From Malacoraja senta (taxonomy: Eukaryota): 64,000 nucleotides of DNA. The notes under the pieces were generated by a model, which saw only the letters and a program-made list of their open reading frames with translations, searched no databases and was not told where the DNA came from. The DNA is taken from NCBI GenBank assembly GCA_038087875.1, contig JAXLNO010003993.1, positions 1 through 64,000 of the forward strand. The letters run 5' to 3'. A program made the translations under genes and the position numbers. Of the stretch, positions 36,386-49,349 are shown piece after piece. Within the stretch, counting starts at the first letter, position 1; every line of letters starts with the position of its first letter.

Positions 36386-38044
36386 TGAACTGAGAAATTC
36401 AACAATTTAAGTCTGTTTGTCGTCAAGTCTGTTCCACCCTATGAAGGTAAAATAATTTTTATAAAGGTTAAAGAGGGAACAATTTATGTTGTATGAAAGT
36501 GTTCAATAAATTTTCCCCAAGTCTTATCAAATTTAACCAAGGGTTCAACAATGTCACCTGATTTTTTCTAAATTTAAACATGATATCGTTTCAGAATACC
36601 ACTGGAGTGTGGTCGGAGGGTTGGAATCTTTCGATTTAAATAAAATAAATCTTCTGGCAATTAATGTGGTAAAAGCAATCAACCGATGGGCGGAGTGGGA
36701 CAAATGAATAGAATCTAACATTGGTAACCCAAAATTGCAGTAATAGGATGAGGTTGTAAATCTATACCTAAGACTACTGAAATAGTATCAAAACTTTCTT
36801 TCCAATATTTTTCCAAAAGAGGGCAGGACCAAAACATATGGGTCAGTGATGCCACTTCAGAATTACATCTGTCACAGGTAGAATTTATATGACCATAAAA
36901 ACGAGCTAACTTATCTTTTGACATATGAGCTCTGTGAACCACCTTGAATTGTATCAAAGCGTGTCTGCACACATTGAAGAGGTATTAACTAATTGAAGGA
37001 TCCTCTCCCATTTCTCTATAGAGAAAGAAATTTGGAGTTCTCTTTCCCAGTCATTCTTAATTTTATCAAATGTATCTATTTGTAATTTTAAAATCAACTC
37101 ATGAATAGTCGTTATTAATCCTTTCTGATAAGGGTTCAACTGTAAACAAAATTCCAAAATTTCGGGTTGATGTGGTAGCGGAAAAAGGGGTAGTTCCTTT
37201 TGTCTAATTTGTAAATATCTAAAAAAGTGTGAATTAGGTAAGTTATATTTATTGGAGAGTTGTTCGAAAGACATAAAACAACCCTCCAAAAACAAATCAT
37301 GAAAAGCTACTAATCCCTTCCTCTTCCATTACAAAAAAACTTGATCAGTACTAGATGGTTGGAAGAGAAATTTGGATAAAATCAGATAGTCCAAAAAACT
37401 TACAAAATTGAAACCGTATTCGGAACGTATGTCTTATTATTGGGTTCGTCATATATTTATTCAATCTCGTAATTGTAAAAGGTAACGAGGTCCCTAGAAT
37501 AGAAGCCAATTATAGCCCTTGTAAGGAATCACGTTCTAGGTTTATCCATCCAGGGCATTGGGTATCTTCTAAATCTTTTGTCCAAAATGTTAAATAACGA
37601 ACATTGACTGCCCAATAGTAGAGTCTAAGGTTCGGCAATGCCAAACCACCAACTTTTTTTGATTTCTGTAGGTATTTTTTACCTAGTCTGGGATTTTTAT
37701 TCTGCCATATATATGAAGAAATTTTAGTCTATAATATCAAAGAAAGATTTGGCAATAAAAATTGGTATCGTCTGAAATAAATACAGACATTTAGGTAAAA
37801 TGAACATTTTAATAGCATTGATTCAGCCAATTAAGGATAAGGACATTGGTGACCATTTAGTGAACTGATGTTTAATATGGTCAATTAAAGGAATAAAATT
37901 AGCTTTAAATAAATCCTTGTGTTTCTTGGTGATCTTAATACCTAAATAAGTAAAAATGGTTCGGCAGTCAATCTAAATGGAAACTGTCCATAACTCGAAA
38001 CAAAATTATTTAATGGGAAAGCTCACTCTTACTAAGATTTAGTT

Positions 38045-38904
38045 TATAATTAGTTTAGTTTAGATTTAGGCGCGACTCTCGTCAGCAGCGGCCTCTGCAG
38101 TCCGTCTGTCTTTTTATTATTTTTGTCTCGTTTCTATGTAGTTTTTATTATTTTTTTTGTCGGGGTATGTGTGTGGGGGTGGGGGGGGGGGGAACTTTAA
38201 AATCTTTCCCCTGCACGGGAGACCCGACCTTTTCTTTGTCGGGTCTCCGTTGTCGTTGGGGCTGGGCAACGTGGAGCGGCCTCCAGCAGGAACGACCTGG
38301 GGCTCCAGTTGCGGAGCTGCGGACTACTCACCGTCACGGGGCTGGCCAAGTCCGGAGCGGGTGGAGCTGTGGTGGAGCGCTGCTGCAACCCGACCCCCGG
38401 AGATTCAGGGGCTACGGCCGCGGGTCTGGCGGACGGCAACACCGGAAGCCCGCGGGTCCCTGGTGGGAGACCGCTTTTCGGGGCTTCCACAGCGGCGACT
38501 TCTCCCGCCCGAGTTGCGGGGTTGAAGAGCACCTGGAGCGGGGCTTTACATCACCGCCCCGCGCGGCTTGGAATGGCCGCGGGACTTTGCGAGCGCACGC
38601 CGGGGCTCTAACACCAAGACCCGGTGCGCGACCTTGCATCACCCGGCGTGGCTTTAATGGCCGCGGGACAATCACCATCGCCCGCCGGGGGCTTTGACTT
38701 TGACTCTGACATCGGGGGGGTGAGTGCAGTGGAGAGATACGTTATTTTTGCCTTCCATCACAGCGCTGTGATGGATGTATGTGTAAATTGTGTTGTGTCT
38801 CGGGTCTTCTTCGTTTTGTAATGTATGGCTGCAGAAACGACATTTCGTTTGGACCTCAACGGGGTCCAAATGACAAATAAATTGTATTGTATTGTATTGT
38901 ATTG
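38045..38904 (+). mobile_element. GC-rich hairpin-bearing insertion (mirror of 8055-8914)
   Basis: Reverse complement of 8055-8914. Confidence 0.75.
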
Positions 38905-41900
38905 TATAACCAGAAAAACTACTGAATTGATTAAGTAATGCTACTATTGCCGGAATAGATTTCTCAGGGTTAGAAATAAATAATAACAGATCATCTGCAT
39001 AAAGAGATAGCTTATGTGTCTTATTCCCGCGGACAATACCAAAAATATTAGGGTATTCCCTAATAGCAGTGGCTAAAGTTTCCAAAGCAATATCAAATAG
39101 TAAAGGACTTAAGGGACAGCCCTGTCTAGTACCTTGAAAGAGCCTGAAAAAAGGGGATCTCTGATTATTAGTAAATACAGAAGCCTGAGGTATAAGATAT
39201 ATCAGTTTGATCCAAGAGATAAATTTTGGACCAATCTTAACTTTTTCAAGTATATTGAATAAGTATTCCATTCTACTCTATCAATAGCCTTCTCGGCATC
39301 AAGTGAGATGACACATTCTGGGGTTTTATTAGACGCTGTATATACAATATTTATTAGTCTCCTAACATTAAAGAATGAGTAACGATTTTTAATAAAACCT
39401 GTCTGATCTTCAGAGATAATTTGCGGTAAAATCTTTTCCAATCATAGCTAATATTTTGGAAAGAATTTTAAAATCTACATTTAACATTGATATAGGTCTA
39501 TATGATGTCACTTCAGTAGGGTCTTTATCTTTTTTAAATTAAAGAAATAGAAGCTTCATAAAAAGATTGTGGTAATCTATTCCTTAAAAAGGCTTCTTTA
39601 AATACCTTGCATAGCCATGGAGACAATAAATTTGAGAAATACTTTAAAAATTCTACTGTAAACCCATCTAATCCGGGAGCTTTACCAAAATTCATTGAAA
39701 ATATTGCTTTCTGTATTTCGTCTTCCGTGATGGGTTCATCGAAACAACAGAGACTCATTATATGGTAAATTTGGTAAGTTCAGTTTCTTTAAAAACTCAT
39801 GCAATATATTGGAATCAGTAGGAAAATCTGATTGGTATAGGGAGGTATAAAATTCCTGAAAGGATTTATTAATTTCGTCATGGTCTACGGTTACTGTACC
39901 ATCCCGTTTACTCACTTTAGTAATCTGACGCTTGGCCGACACTGCTTTCAATTGATTAGCAAGTAATTTACCAGATTTTACGCCATTTATATAAAATTTA
40001 CTTTTGGTTTTAAGTAACTGGTTCTCAATTGGTGATACTAATAACAAATCATATCTCAATTGAAGTTCAACTCTATTCTTATAGAGCTCTAAACTAGGAG
40101 CTTTTGAATATTTTTTATCTATTTCTTTAATCTCGTCAGCCAATGTGCGTATTTCTTTTTGTGTTTGTTTTTTTAATCCCGCGGAGTATGAAATAATTTG
40201 TCCACGAATATATGCCTTAAAAGCATCCCAAACTATACCATTGGATATCTCTTCATTAGAGTTTGTCAAGAAGTAAAAAGCAATCTGATCTTTCATAAAC
40301 TTAATAAAGTTTAAGTCTTGAAGCAAAGTAGCATTAAATCGCCATTGTTTAGCACTAAACTTGGAATCAGGTAGTTTGATCAATAGTTTCACTGGTGCAT
40401 GATCAGAAATAGCAATTGTATCATACTCACATGCAATGACGAATGGAATTAGCCGAGAATCTAGTATAAAATAGTCGATCCTAGAATAATTATGATATAC
40501 ATGAGAGAAAAATGAAAATTCTTTGTCATTTGCGTGTAAGAATCTCCAAATTTCTAACATTCCCGAGTCAAGTAAAAAAGAATTAATAAAATTAGCTGAT
40601 TTATTTGGAAGCACATGATCACATGTAGACGTATCAATCGAGGGATTCAAACAGCAATTGAAGTCTCCACCCATTATTAAAAAGTGTTCATTTAAATTAG
40701 GAAAGGATGCAATTAACTGTTTAAAAAACTCAGGGTGATCAATATTTGGTGCATAGACATTCACCATAGCGACTTTTTGCCTATAAAGGACACCGGTAAT
40801 CACCAAGAATCTGCCATATGGATCAGAAATTGTTTCATGGTGAACAAACAGAATTGAGGGGTCAATAAAAATAGAGACAACCTTTCACCTTAGCCTGTGA
40901 ATTTGAATGAAACTGCTGTCCTCTCCAAAACTTGAAAAATCGTGACTTGTCATCTTGCCTTACATGAGTTTCCTGAACAAAGATAATCTGAGCATTTAGT
41001 CTGTGAAGAACTTTTTAAAAAAATATCCTCTTAATGGGATGGTTCAAGCCATTCACATTCCATGAAAGGAACTTTATCCATATTGCTTGTAAAAATCATG
41101 TGGGATGTAATGGGTTAATTTCTTGAAGCCTAAAAGTTCATAATACTGGAAGAAGAAAAATCTAGGGCGGAGCCAGAAGTGACGATATTTCAGCCAATTT
41201 TGTAGTTCAGAATTTGCACAAATGGAGATCACTAAATAGGGAACAAAAGACCCCTCCCCCCTCCCCCCTCCCCCCTCCCACCCCTGTAGAACCCCAAACT
41301 GACCAAAAGACAGTCAGCAAACTACCTAATCCCCTCCCCAATCCCATCTCTCCCAGTAACAGCACTCAGCATAAAAAGAATAATATTTAACCACTACGTC
41401 ATAACACATTCGTTATTATCTCTTTGAGAGAGAAGAAAAAAAATACAGACTGGCATGGAATGCTGCTTATTATTATCCAAGGTCAAAATATAAAAAACAA
41501 GAACTGCGTTCTCTTAGTTTGTCTAACGACAGGGGAACACGAATTAACAAAGAAATTCTTAAAAGAATATATATAAAAGAAAAACAACTCGTCCAGTTAA
41601 ATTCTTAATCATTACGAAACGAAATGTTGTCAAATTAGGAACAGTAAATCTCCAATTATAACTTAATCAGCTATCAATTACTCCCCTTCCTCGTCGTAGC
41701 TCTTCAGACGCAGCTGGAGGCGTCTTGAGGACTGTTAAAAAATCAAAAGTTACCATTGAAAAGCCGAATACGCAATCTAGCTGGTGATAATAGAGCTGGG
41801 CGCAGTTTTTTCTTATACAAATCAGACATTACATTATAAAAAGTCTTTCTTATTTCCAAAAGCTCGTAACTATAATCAGGGACAAACTGAAACTTACATC

Positions 41901-44900
41901 CTTCATATTCAACCACACCAAACTTTTTTGTTGCCTGGAGAATATTCTTCTTCATTTGAAAAAAATGAAACCGAATGATCAAGTGTCTCGGTTTATTACC
42001 GGATCTCTTCCCAATCCTGTGTGCCTTCTCCAGGAACGGAAGGTTTTCATTGTGCTCAATGTTGAATGTTTCCTTTATCATTTTAGAAGCATATTTTATA
42101 ACGTTATCTCCTTCTTGGCCTTCCGGCAAACCAACAATTCGTAAATTCAAACGACGGCTTCTGTTTTCTAAGTCCATATTTTTAGACCTGTATTGCTGAA
42201 GTGCTCGAGTGTTTTCATTCATTCTCCGTTCCAATTTTTCAATCTTCAAATCTCTCTCCTGTCCCAGGGTGCGCAAGATATCAATTTGATCCTTTTGTTC
42301 ACGAAGTTCATCTTGTAACAAAGACAGTTTTCCTTGGACTTCCTTCAATTTGGTCGAAACTCCTTTCACCATTTCTTCCAAACTGCCAAATCTTCTTTTC
42401 ATTTCATTTTTCAGCTCATTTTTCAATTCATCGTTCATTTTCGATATTGCTTCTATGATGCTGGAATCAGAAGCTACAGCTGTGGTTGTGGCTTTCCCCA
42501 GTTCCTTCTTTGGGGATCCTCCTTTCCTTCTTGTCTCCATGCTTTTCACGATTAAGGCGTGTAAAAGTGTTATCAACACTTTATGAACAGTTAGACGGTG
42601 TCTTGAAGTCAAATAGTCACCAGTAACATTGAAAGAGTGGTCAGTGGAAGTTAAAAGTTAAGGGAGCAAACGAGTTTGCAACCTTACAGCATGCTGCCTT
42701 ACACAAGGAGAGTCTAGTTATTGACATGTTATTGATGTTCATGATTATTCTGTTCTTTGTGCCTGGCCATTTTGACTTTGTCACATTTTACTTGGTTTAT
42801 GATATTGTACAAGATTTGCAATCACACCTCCCAATTGACTAAAATTATCCCAATTAACTAAATGCCTACTATGGCATTTAACTTATTGCATTATATTCAG
42901 TGCAGGGTAGAAGCTGCAGTTTTTAAAAGGGCAAGTTTTTATTACATACTATGTGGTGTGTGCCTGGAAAGCACTGCCAGGGATGGTGGCGTCTGGGGTG
43001 CACCTTCGTGGTGCATGGAGATGGAGGGGTTTGAGGGACATGAATCATTTGCAGGCAGATGCTGCCTAACTGGTGTCTGTCTGACTGATCTGGAGGGATC
43101 TGATGGTCAGGCAGGGAATATTTCCAGTGACCCAATGGTGCTGAGTTCGCTGAATTTTACGGTGAATGGGAATGCCCCTGTAATAGAGGAACAGGTCCTT
43201 TGTCCAACAACGTTTGTGCTGAACATGACGCAACCTGAGGCAGAGTGGCGCTGCTGATAGAGCTGCTGCCTCAGTGCGTCATACACATCAGTTCAATCCT
43301 AACCTCGGTTGTCGGCTGTGTGAAGTTTGCATGTATTCCCTATGACCGCATGGGTTTCCACTGTCCTCCAGTTTTCACACACATACTAAAGATGCCAGGT
43401 TTTATGGGTTAATTGGTCTCTGTAATTTGACCCTAGTGTGGAAGCGAAAGTTAGATAACATAGAACTTGTGTGAACGGAACTATTTGAAGGAGTATTGAG
43501 TTTTTTGTTTAGTTTAGAGAGAGAGCATTGAAACAGACACTTCGGCCCCACTGAGTCCGCACCAACCAACGATCACCCACATAAGCTAGGGACACAAGTC
43601 AATTAACCTACAAACCTGCACATCTGTCTTTGGAATGTGGGAGGAAGCTGGAGCACCTGGAGAAAACCTATGCAGTCACAGGGAGAAGGTACAAATTCCG
43701 TACAGACATCACCCGTGGTCAGGATCAAACCCAGGTGTCTGGCGCTGTGCCTTTATATCTGGAAGGAAGATGTTATGTGGGATGAATCAACAGTTAAAGT
43801 GAATAAACTAGTTGCATCTTTCTGAGTTCTGTTCTCTGCTATGCCATTTCTTTGTTGTCTAATATTTAATTTCCCTCCTCAGATTATCAAAATATTCAAC
43901 CAAAGCAGAACGTGCACTGCTAACCAATCGCTGAGTAGAAGATTTCATGGATGTGATTAAAATGCAGGAACTGAAATAAATGGAAAGAGTTAAATTAAGT
44001 TTATCAAACATGACAGAAATTCTCAATAAACTGCCCTGCATTTGTACAAATTAGAGCTATCTAGCAATTTATGTTGATAACAGCTGATATGACTGAGGCC
44101 TCAACTCCTTTACTGTGCTTATTCCACATAAGACACAATTCCCTGGTCTTTTAGAATATATCCACGCATTATCCATCAATTCACCACCACATCATGCCTC
44201 TTTAATACATTCATAAGGTTAACTCTGTTTCTTGTCATCCCCAAGGGACACAGAACCAGTGATTTCAGCCATTCATGGTTAGGCAACACTTGCTTATTCC
44301 AGAAATCTCTTCTAGCTGATATGCAATATTAATATATCCTTTCTTAAATTTGAGGACCAAGCTGTGCACAGTGCTCCTGATATGTCCTTAGCAACATCAT
44401 GTACCATAATTACAATAGTAACCTACCTTTGAATGCTACTCACCTTCTGAGTTGTGTGCTGCATCTACCTGCTGGCTTTTTGTTTTGCACTTTAAGCACT
44501 TGAATCTCTTGTACTCCACTCATTTGCAATCTCACTCCATTTAGATAATAGCTTCCTTTGAATTGCTCTTACCAAAGTGTGTGAGCACATATTTTCCATT
44601 ATTAAACTCCATTTGCCATGTTTATGTTCATCTAACAAAGAGTCATATAGCCATATAGCATGGAAGTAGGTACTTCAGCCTAATGCTCCAAGCTGAACAA
44701 GATGCTACATTTAGGTTAGTCACATTTGCCAGCATTTGGCCCACATTCCTCTCAACATGTTCTATCCATGTACCTGTCCAAGTGTCTTTTCAATGTTGTT
44801 ATTCTGCCTTCGCTGGCAGCTCATTCCATACACCCAGTAACCTCTTAGTAGAAAAGGTTGCCTCTCAGGTTCCTACTAAATCTTCCTCCTCACCTTAAAC

Positions 44901-44901
44901 C

Positions 44902-45539
44902 CAGGGGTGCAGTGCTGCCGGAGCTCACCTGAGCACCGATCCGGCACCTCTGTTAAAGAACAAATAAACAGGGTGGAATTTTAACTAGCGGATGTGTGGT
45001 CGGGGTAACCTGATTAAAAGAGGGGTAAGGGGAAGATCCATCACTACTGAGGTTCCCTGTAGGAGGAGGGGAACACTATGATACAGCAGAGACAGACCAT
45101 GTGATGTGTGCATCGTTTGTGGTTGTGGGCCTGGAGCTGAGCCTGGAACTCTGGTGGGTGGGTGTGTAGGTGAATGGGTGTGTGTGTGAGAGTGTGTGTG
45201 TGTGTGTGTGTGTGTGAAGGCCCAGAGCTGTGGGATAGTCAGGGTGAGTCGGTGTCTTGCCGGCACCTCTGTAAAAATACATGATAACAGTCTTTTTCTT
45301 TACTTGCTTCATAATTATATTTCATGATAATCAGTGAGTGCAACCGTGCAATATTTTGTCATAATTAAATTAAGTATTATATGTTTTAATGTACTAGCTA
45401 TACACTGGGATGTAGTAATAGGCTATAATCTTGTTTGACCCTCCAGGGAGACTAGCTTGCCCCCCCCCTCCCCCCCAGCAAAATCTGAAATGCCCCTGTT
45501 TGACAGCTCCGACACCTAAAAAATTAGCATTGAACACTG
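44902..45539. mobile_element. hAT-type MITE (mirror copy)
   Basis: TSD CTTAAACC at 44894-44901 and 45540-45547. Confidence 0.8.
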
Positions 45540-46371
45540 CTTAAACCTGTTTTTGCTGGTTCTTGATTACCCTACCCTGGGTAAAATAAATCCTGATCAA
45601 TCGCCCTCATGATTTTAGAAAGCTCTCTAAGCACCAATTAAATGGTTTCAATTATAGATAGAGTAAGACTTTGTGGTTATTTCCAACAAGAAGTTTAGAC
45701 TAAAGAAAGGCCAGTGGAAGTACTTGGTCAAACAGCATCTGTGGAGGCAAATGACATATACCAACATTTCAAGGCAAGGCACTGCATTAGAATTGAAGGA
45801 GAGGATGGGAAGATTCTAACAGTTTGAAGGAGGAATGGGGCAGAGGCTGGTATGTGGCAGGTGGAATAGTAAGATTAAACGAGAACTTACCAAGTTTGAA
45901 GTTTGATCTTTATTTTATGAGGAGTAACGTTGAGGGATTACGTGAAGAAGCCCCGTCCAGCCGCACACGCGTCAATCTTTCAAAGCAGCGGAGTGACAAT
46001 CACAGACGATAATTACTGAAGTATGCTAGTAAGATGCATAAAGACTTAGAACTACCAGCTTGATCCTTTTATGAGGGTGGGAGCGGAGGGCACGTAATCC
46101 CTCAACGTTACTCCTCATAAAATAAAGATCAAGCTTCAAACTTGGTAAGTTCTCGTTTAATCTTACTATTTTACTTCGGAGTCACGTGAGTGACTACGTG
46201 AAGATTTCAAAGCTCTGTGATTTCACACCGTGGATTCAAATCCAGGTGTTCACTGCATCGATTGACTCTATTTGAGTAAGCACAATCAACAATGCATAAC
46301 CACAACATTTGAATGTAATCAGTTAATGGTTTTATTTATTTTAATAAAAGTAACAAAATTAGGCCCATTTA

Positions 46372-47367
46372 TTATAATGGGGGATTTAATACTGTATCCA
46401 GCACGGCATTACCAAACCCTCTGAGATCTTTAATCTCCTTGTGGTAATACTTGTGAAACATCTGTTCACTTGCCCATCCTGCGGCCACGAGAATAAGGTC
46501 TATTAGCACGTCTGAATCCCTGGCCGCTGATGTTGATGCCGCCCTGGAGGAATGAGATTTAAATTTATCAGTATCAATACCTGAATATCTCAACACCTGT
46601 TTCAACCATCGTGAAATTGTTTGTGTTGACACTTTCTTATGAGGCTTTTCATGACTAATAAAAAATGCCAATTCGGCGCCTCTTAAAACTTTTGTTGTTT
46701 CTATGTAACATTTCACATATGTTACTACACACAGTCGTGAATCTGTAGGATATGCTAAAAATTCCAACTTGCATCCTGTGAACCCAGGTCTACTTTGCTT
46801 CAGTAAATCATAGACATAGAATGTCACGGCATTTTGCCCTACTTTCATTCTATCAATTCTGAGTTTCTGTAATGTGTGAACTCTCTGTGCTGAAACTAAT
46901 GCCATGAGCATAACCAATTTCATGGTAATTTTGGATAATGACAGAGTTTCAACTGGATTCCAATTCCTTAGGAACATCAGTACATCTTTTACATTCCAAA
47001 TTTCTGTATACCTGGGTCTGGGAGGATTTGAGTTGAAAATTCCTTTCATAAACCTACAGACCCAAGGATGTGCTCCAATTGGAGTTTGTTCTGATTCACT
47101 GCTTAAATATGCAGAGAGTGCACTTCGTGCAGTATTAATTGCACTATAACTTAATTTCAATTCATAGTGTAGAGTTGAAAGAAACTCTATTACATCTGAA
47201 ATTTCTGCTGTGTTATATGCAATATTCTTTCCTGAACAAAACACCTCCCATTTCTTTATATATGAAATGTACTGCTTCTGGGTACTATTCCTCCAGGCTG
47301 CTGTCATAACATCCACCGTACAGTCTGATAATCTTTTTCCAAGATATGGCCTTCTTAGAATCTGCAA
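46372..47367 (-). CDS. DIRS1 tyrosine recombinase (331-aa open frame; true start may lie upstream)
   Basis: N-terminal YSAINTARSALS and HPWVCRFMKGIFN motifs; catalytic R (SAQRV), H-x-x-R (HSSR), Y (KYY). Confidence 0.9.
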   Translation of the reverse strand: MQILRRPYLGKRLSDCTVDVMTAAWRNSTQKQYISYIKKWEVFCSGKNIAYNTAEISDVIEFLSTLHYELKLSYSAINTARSALSAYLSSESEQTPIGAHPWVCRFMKGIFNSNPPRPRYTEIWNVKDVLMFLRNWNPVETLSLSKITMKLVMLMALVSAQRVHTLQKLRIDRMKVGQNAVTFYVYDLLKQSRPGFTGCKLEFLAYPTDSRLCVVTYVKCYIETTKVLRGAELAFFISHEKPHKKVSTQTISRWLKQVLRYSGIDTDKFKSHSSRAASTSAARDSDVLIDLILVAAGWASEQMFHKYYHKEIKDLRGFGNAVLDTVLNPPL

Positions 47368-47410
47368 ATCAACAAACCAATACGATTATGTAAAGGATGT
47401 GATTCATTAG

Positions 47411-48960
47411 TCACAGGGTGTACAAGCAGTTTAATCTGCTTTGGAATAACCATAAGGGTTTTGGGTTTTTTTTCCCCATTTTTAACACCAGTGGGTACCA
47501 CACCTGTGTAGGCCAATCTGGTACTACCAAAATCCCTGAGGCTGAATCTTGTTTAATTTTCTGTATGCATTTGTAGATTAAACAAAATGGTGGAAACGCA
47601 TACAGAAACATACCACCCCAATGTAGCGAGAAAGCATCCACCACTACTGCTCCAGGATCAGGTTCCCATGACACATACTTAGGCAACTGGTGGTTCAATC
47701 TTGATGCAAACAGATCAATTTCTGGCATTCCAAATTGTGTGATAATTTGTGTGAATATTTTCCGATTTAACATCCATTCTGTATTATCATTAAATTTACG
47801 TGATCTTTTGTCTGCAATTGTATTAATTTTTACCTGGTAAATATTGCTGACAGCCACATTTTTCTGGCAATACCCCAGGTCCAAATTTCATTTGCCAATT
47901 TATCACATGATTCTGATTTTATACCACCCATGTGATTTATGTATGCTACAGCTGTAGTATTGTCAACCTGTACCTGAACATGCACATTTCCCATATCAGT
48001 GCAATAAGCTCTAAGGCCGTAAAATGCGCCTAATAGCTCTAGGTAATTGATTCCCGGTTTTTCCAGCAAAGGTACTTCATTCACATTCCACCTACCTCCA
48101 CAGCTGGAAATCATGTTAGTAGCGCCCCAACCCAGCGCACTTACATCAGTCTGTCGAGTGACGGAAGGTGTTTCTACCAGATCTTTTCTGGAAGCATTAG
48201 AAACATTGTTAATCCACCATTCTATTTCTGTAATGGATTGAATTGTTAATTTCATGGGCCTGTCAAAATGCCCTCTATTCATTTTTAACGCTTGTACCTT
48301 AGCTCTCTGTAAACATTGATAATGCAATGGTCCAAATGTGACCGCTGGAAACCCTGCAATTAATTTGCCTAGCAAGCTTGCCACTTCTCTAATTGAAGAT
48401 GTGTCCTCGTTAATGAGTTTTATGCAACCTTCAATTAACTGCAGCTTTTTATCTTTTGGCAAAGTGATTACCATGTGTTCGGAGTTAATTGTGAACCCTA
48501 GCTAATCAATCTTTTTGCTTGGTAACAATTTAGATTTTTGTAGGTGAATAATGAAACCTAATTTCTCAAAATGTATTTGACTGGATACTGACAATTTTGC
48601 AGCAGCCAAAGTGTCCCCTACAATGAGGATATCATCTAAATAAGCCATTAATACATGGCCCTCAGCTCTTAACAGAGCTAAAATTGGTTTGAGCAATTTA
48701 GTGAATAATCTTGGTGCTGAAATCAGACCATTGGGCAATGCTTTAAATTGCCATAACTGACTCATCCATCTAAATTTCAAATATCTTTGATCATTACCAT
48801 GCATTGCCACAGAATAATATGCATTTTGCAGATCTATGCTTGCCTTGTAGCAATTCTTTGTGACTAGCTAAATGGCATTAGTAAATGTTTCCATTTTGAA
48901 ATGTTTCTATTGTACATAAAGGTTAAGATTTGTCAGATCGGAAATGATTCTACGTCCACC
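47411..48960 (-). pseudogene. DIRS1 pol: RT, RNase H and N6-adenine methyltransferase-like domain, split by stops/frameshifts
   Basis: RT ALPNGLISAPRLFTK and YLDD; RNase H TDVSALGWGA, INYLELLG, DNTTAVAYINHMGG; MT IDLFASRLN and YAFPPF. Confidence 0.9.
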
Positions 48961-49349
48961 ATCCCTTTTCTAGGAGAATATTCCTAGGAGAATATTTGAC
49001 ACAAACTGATGGTGTTGTTCTACTGACATTTATATCATCCTTTTCTGCATAACATTTTTCAATTCTCCTTTGATCAACCCATTCTCTTCCTTTGAAAAAA
49101 ATCTGTGACCAGTTTGAATTATGCTGAATTGGAGGATCCAAAAGTGGAGAGAACTCAATTTTGAATCCAACAATGCTACATAGAATAAATGAATCATTTG
49201 TTATTGATTGCCATTCTTTTAGGAAGAATCGTAACCTTCCCCCTATTTGTGAGTGTGAAACATTTGTTGTGTTTCTTACCAGACCAAGCCCCCTAACCTC
49301 AGGGTTTGCCACCGGCAGTTGTTGTCCCCTTCTAGTAGGCACATTGTAA

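Larger units (their letters stand above)
36030..42620 (-). mobile_element. Decayed LINE-1, mirror copy; boundaries approximate
   Basis: ORF1 42540-41743 (premature TGA), ORF2 ~41081-36484, same insertion at ~38045-38904. Confidence 0.95.
26212..46951. repeat. Right arm of giant inverted duplication (visible mirror of 1-21560)
   Basis: Reverse-complement identity with the left arm, ~99% in outer parts and ~96% near the spacer (hand counts). Confidence 0.97.
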
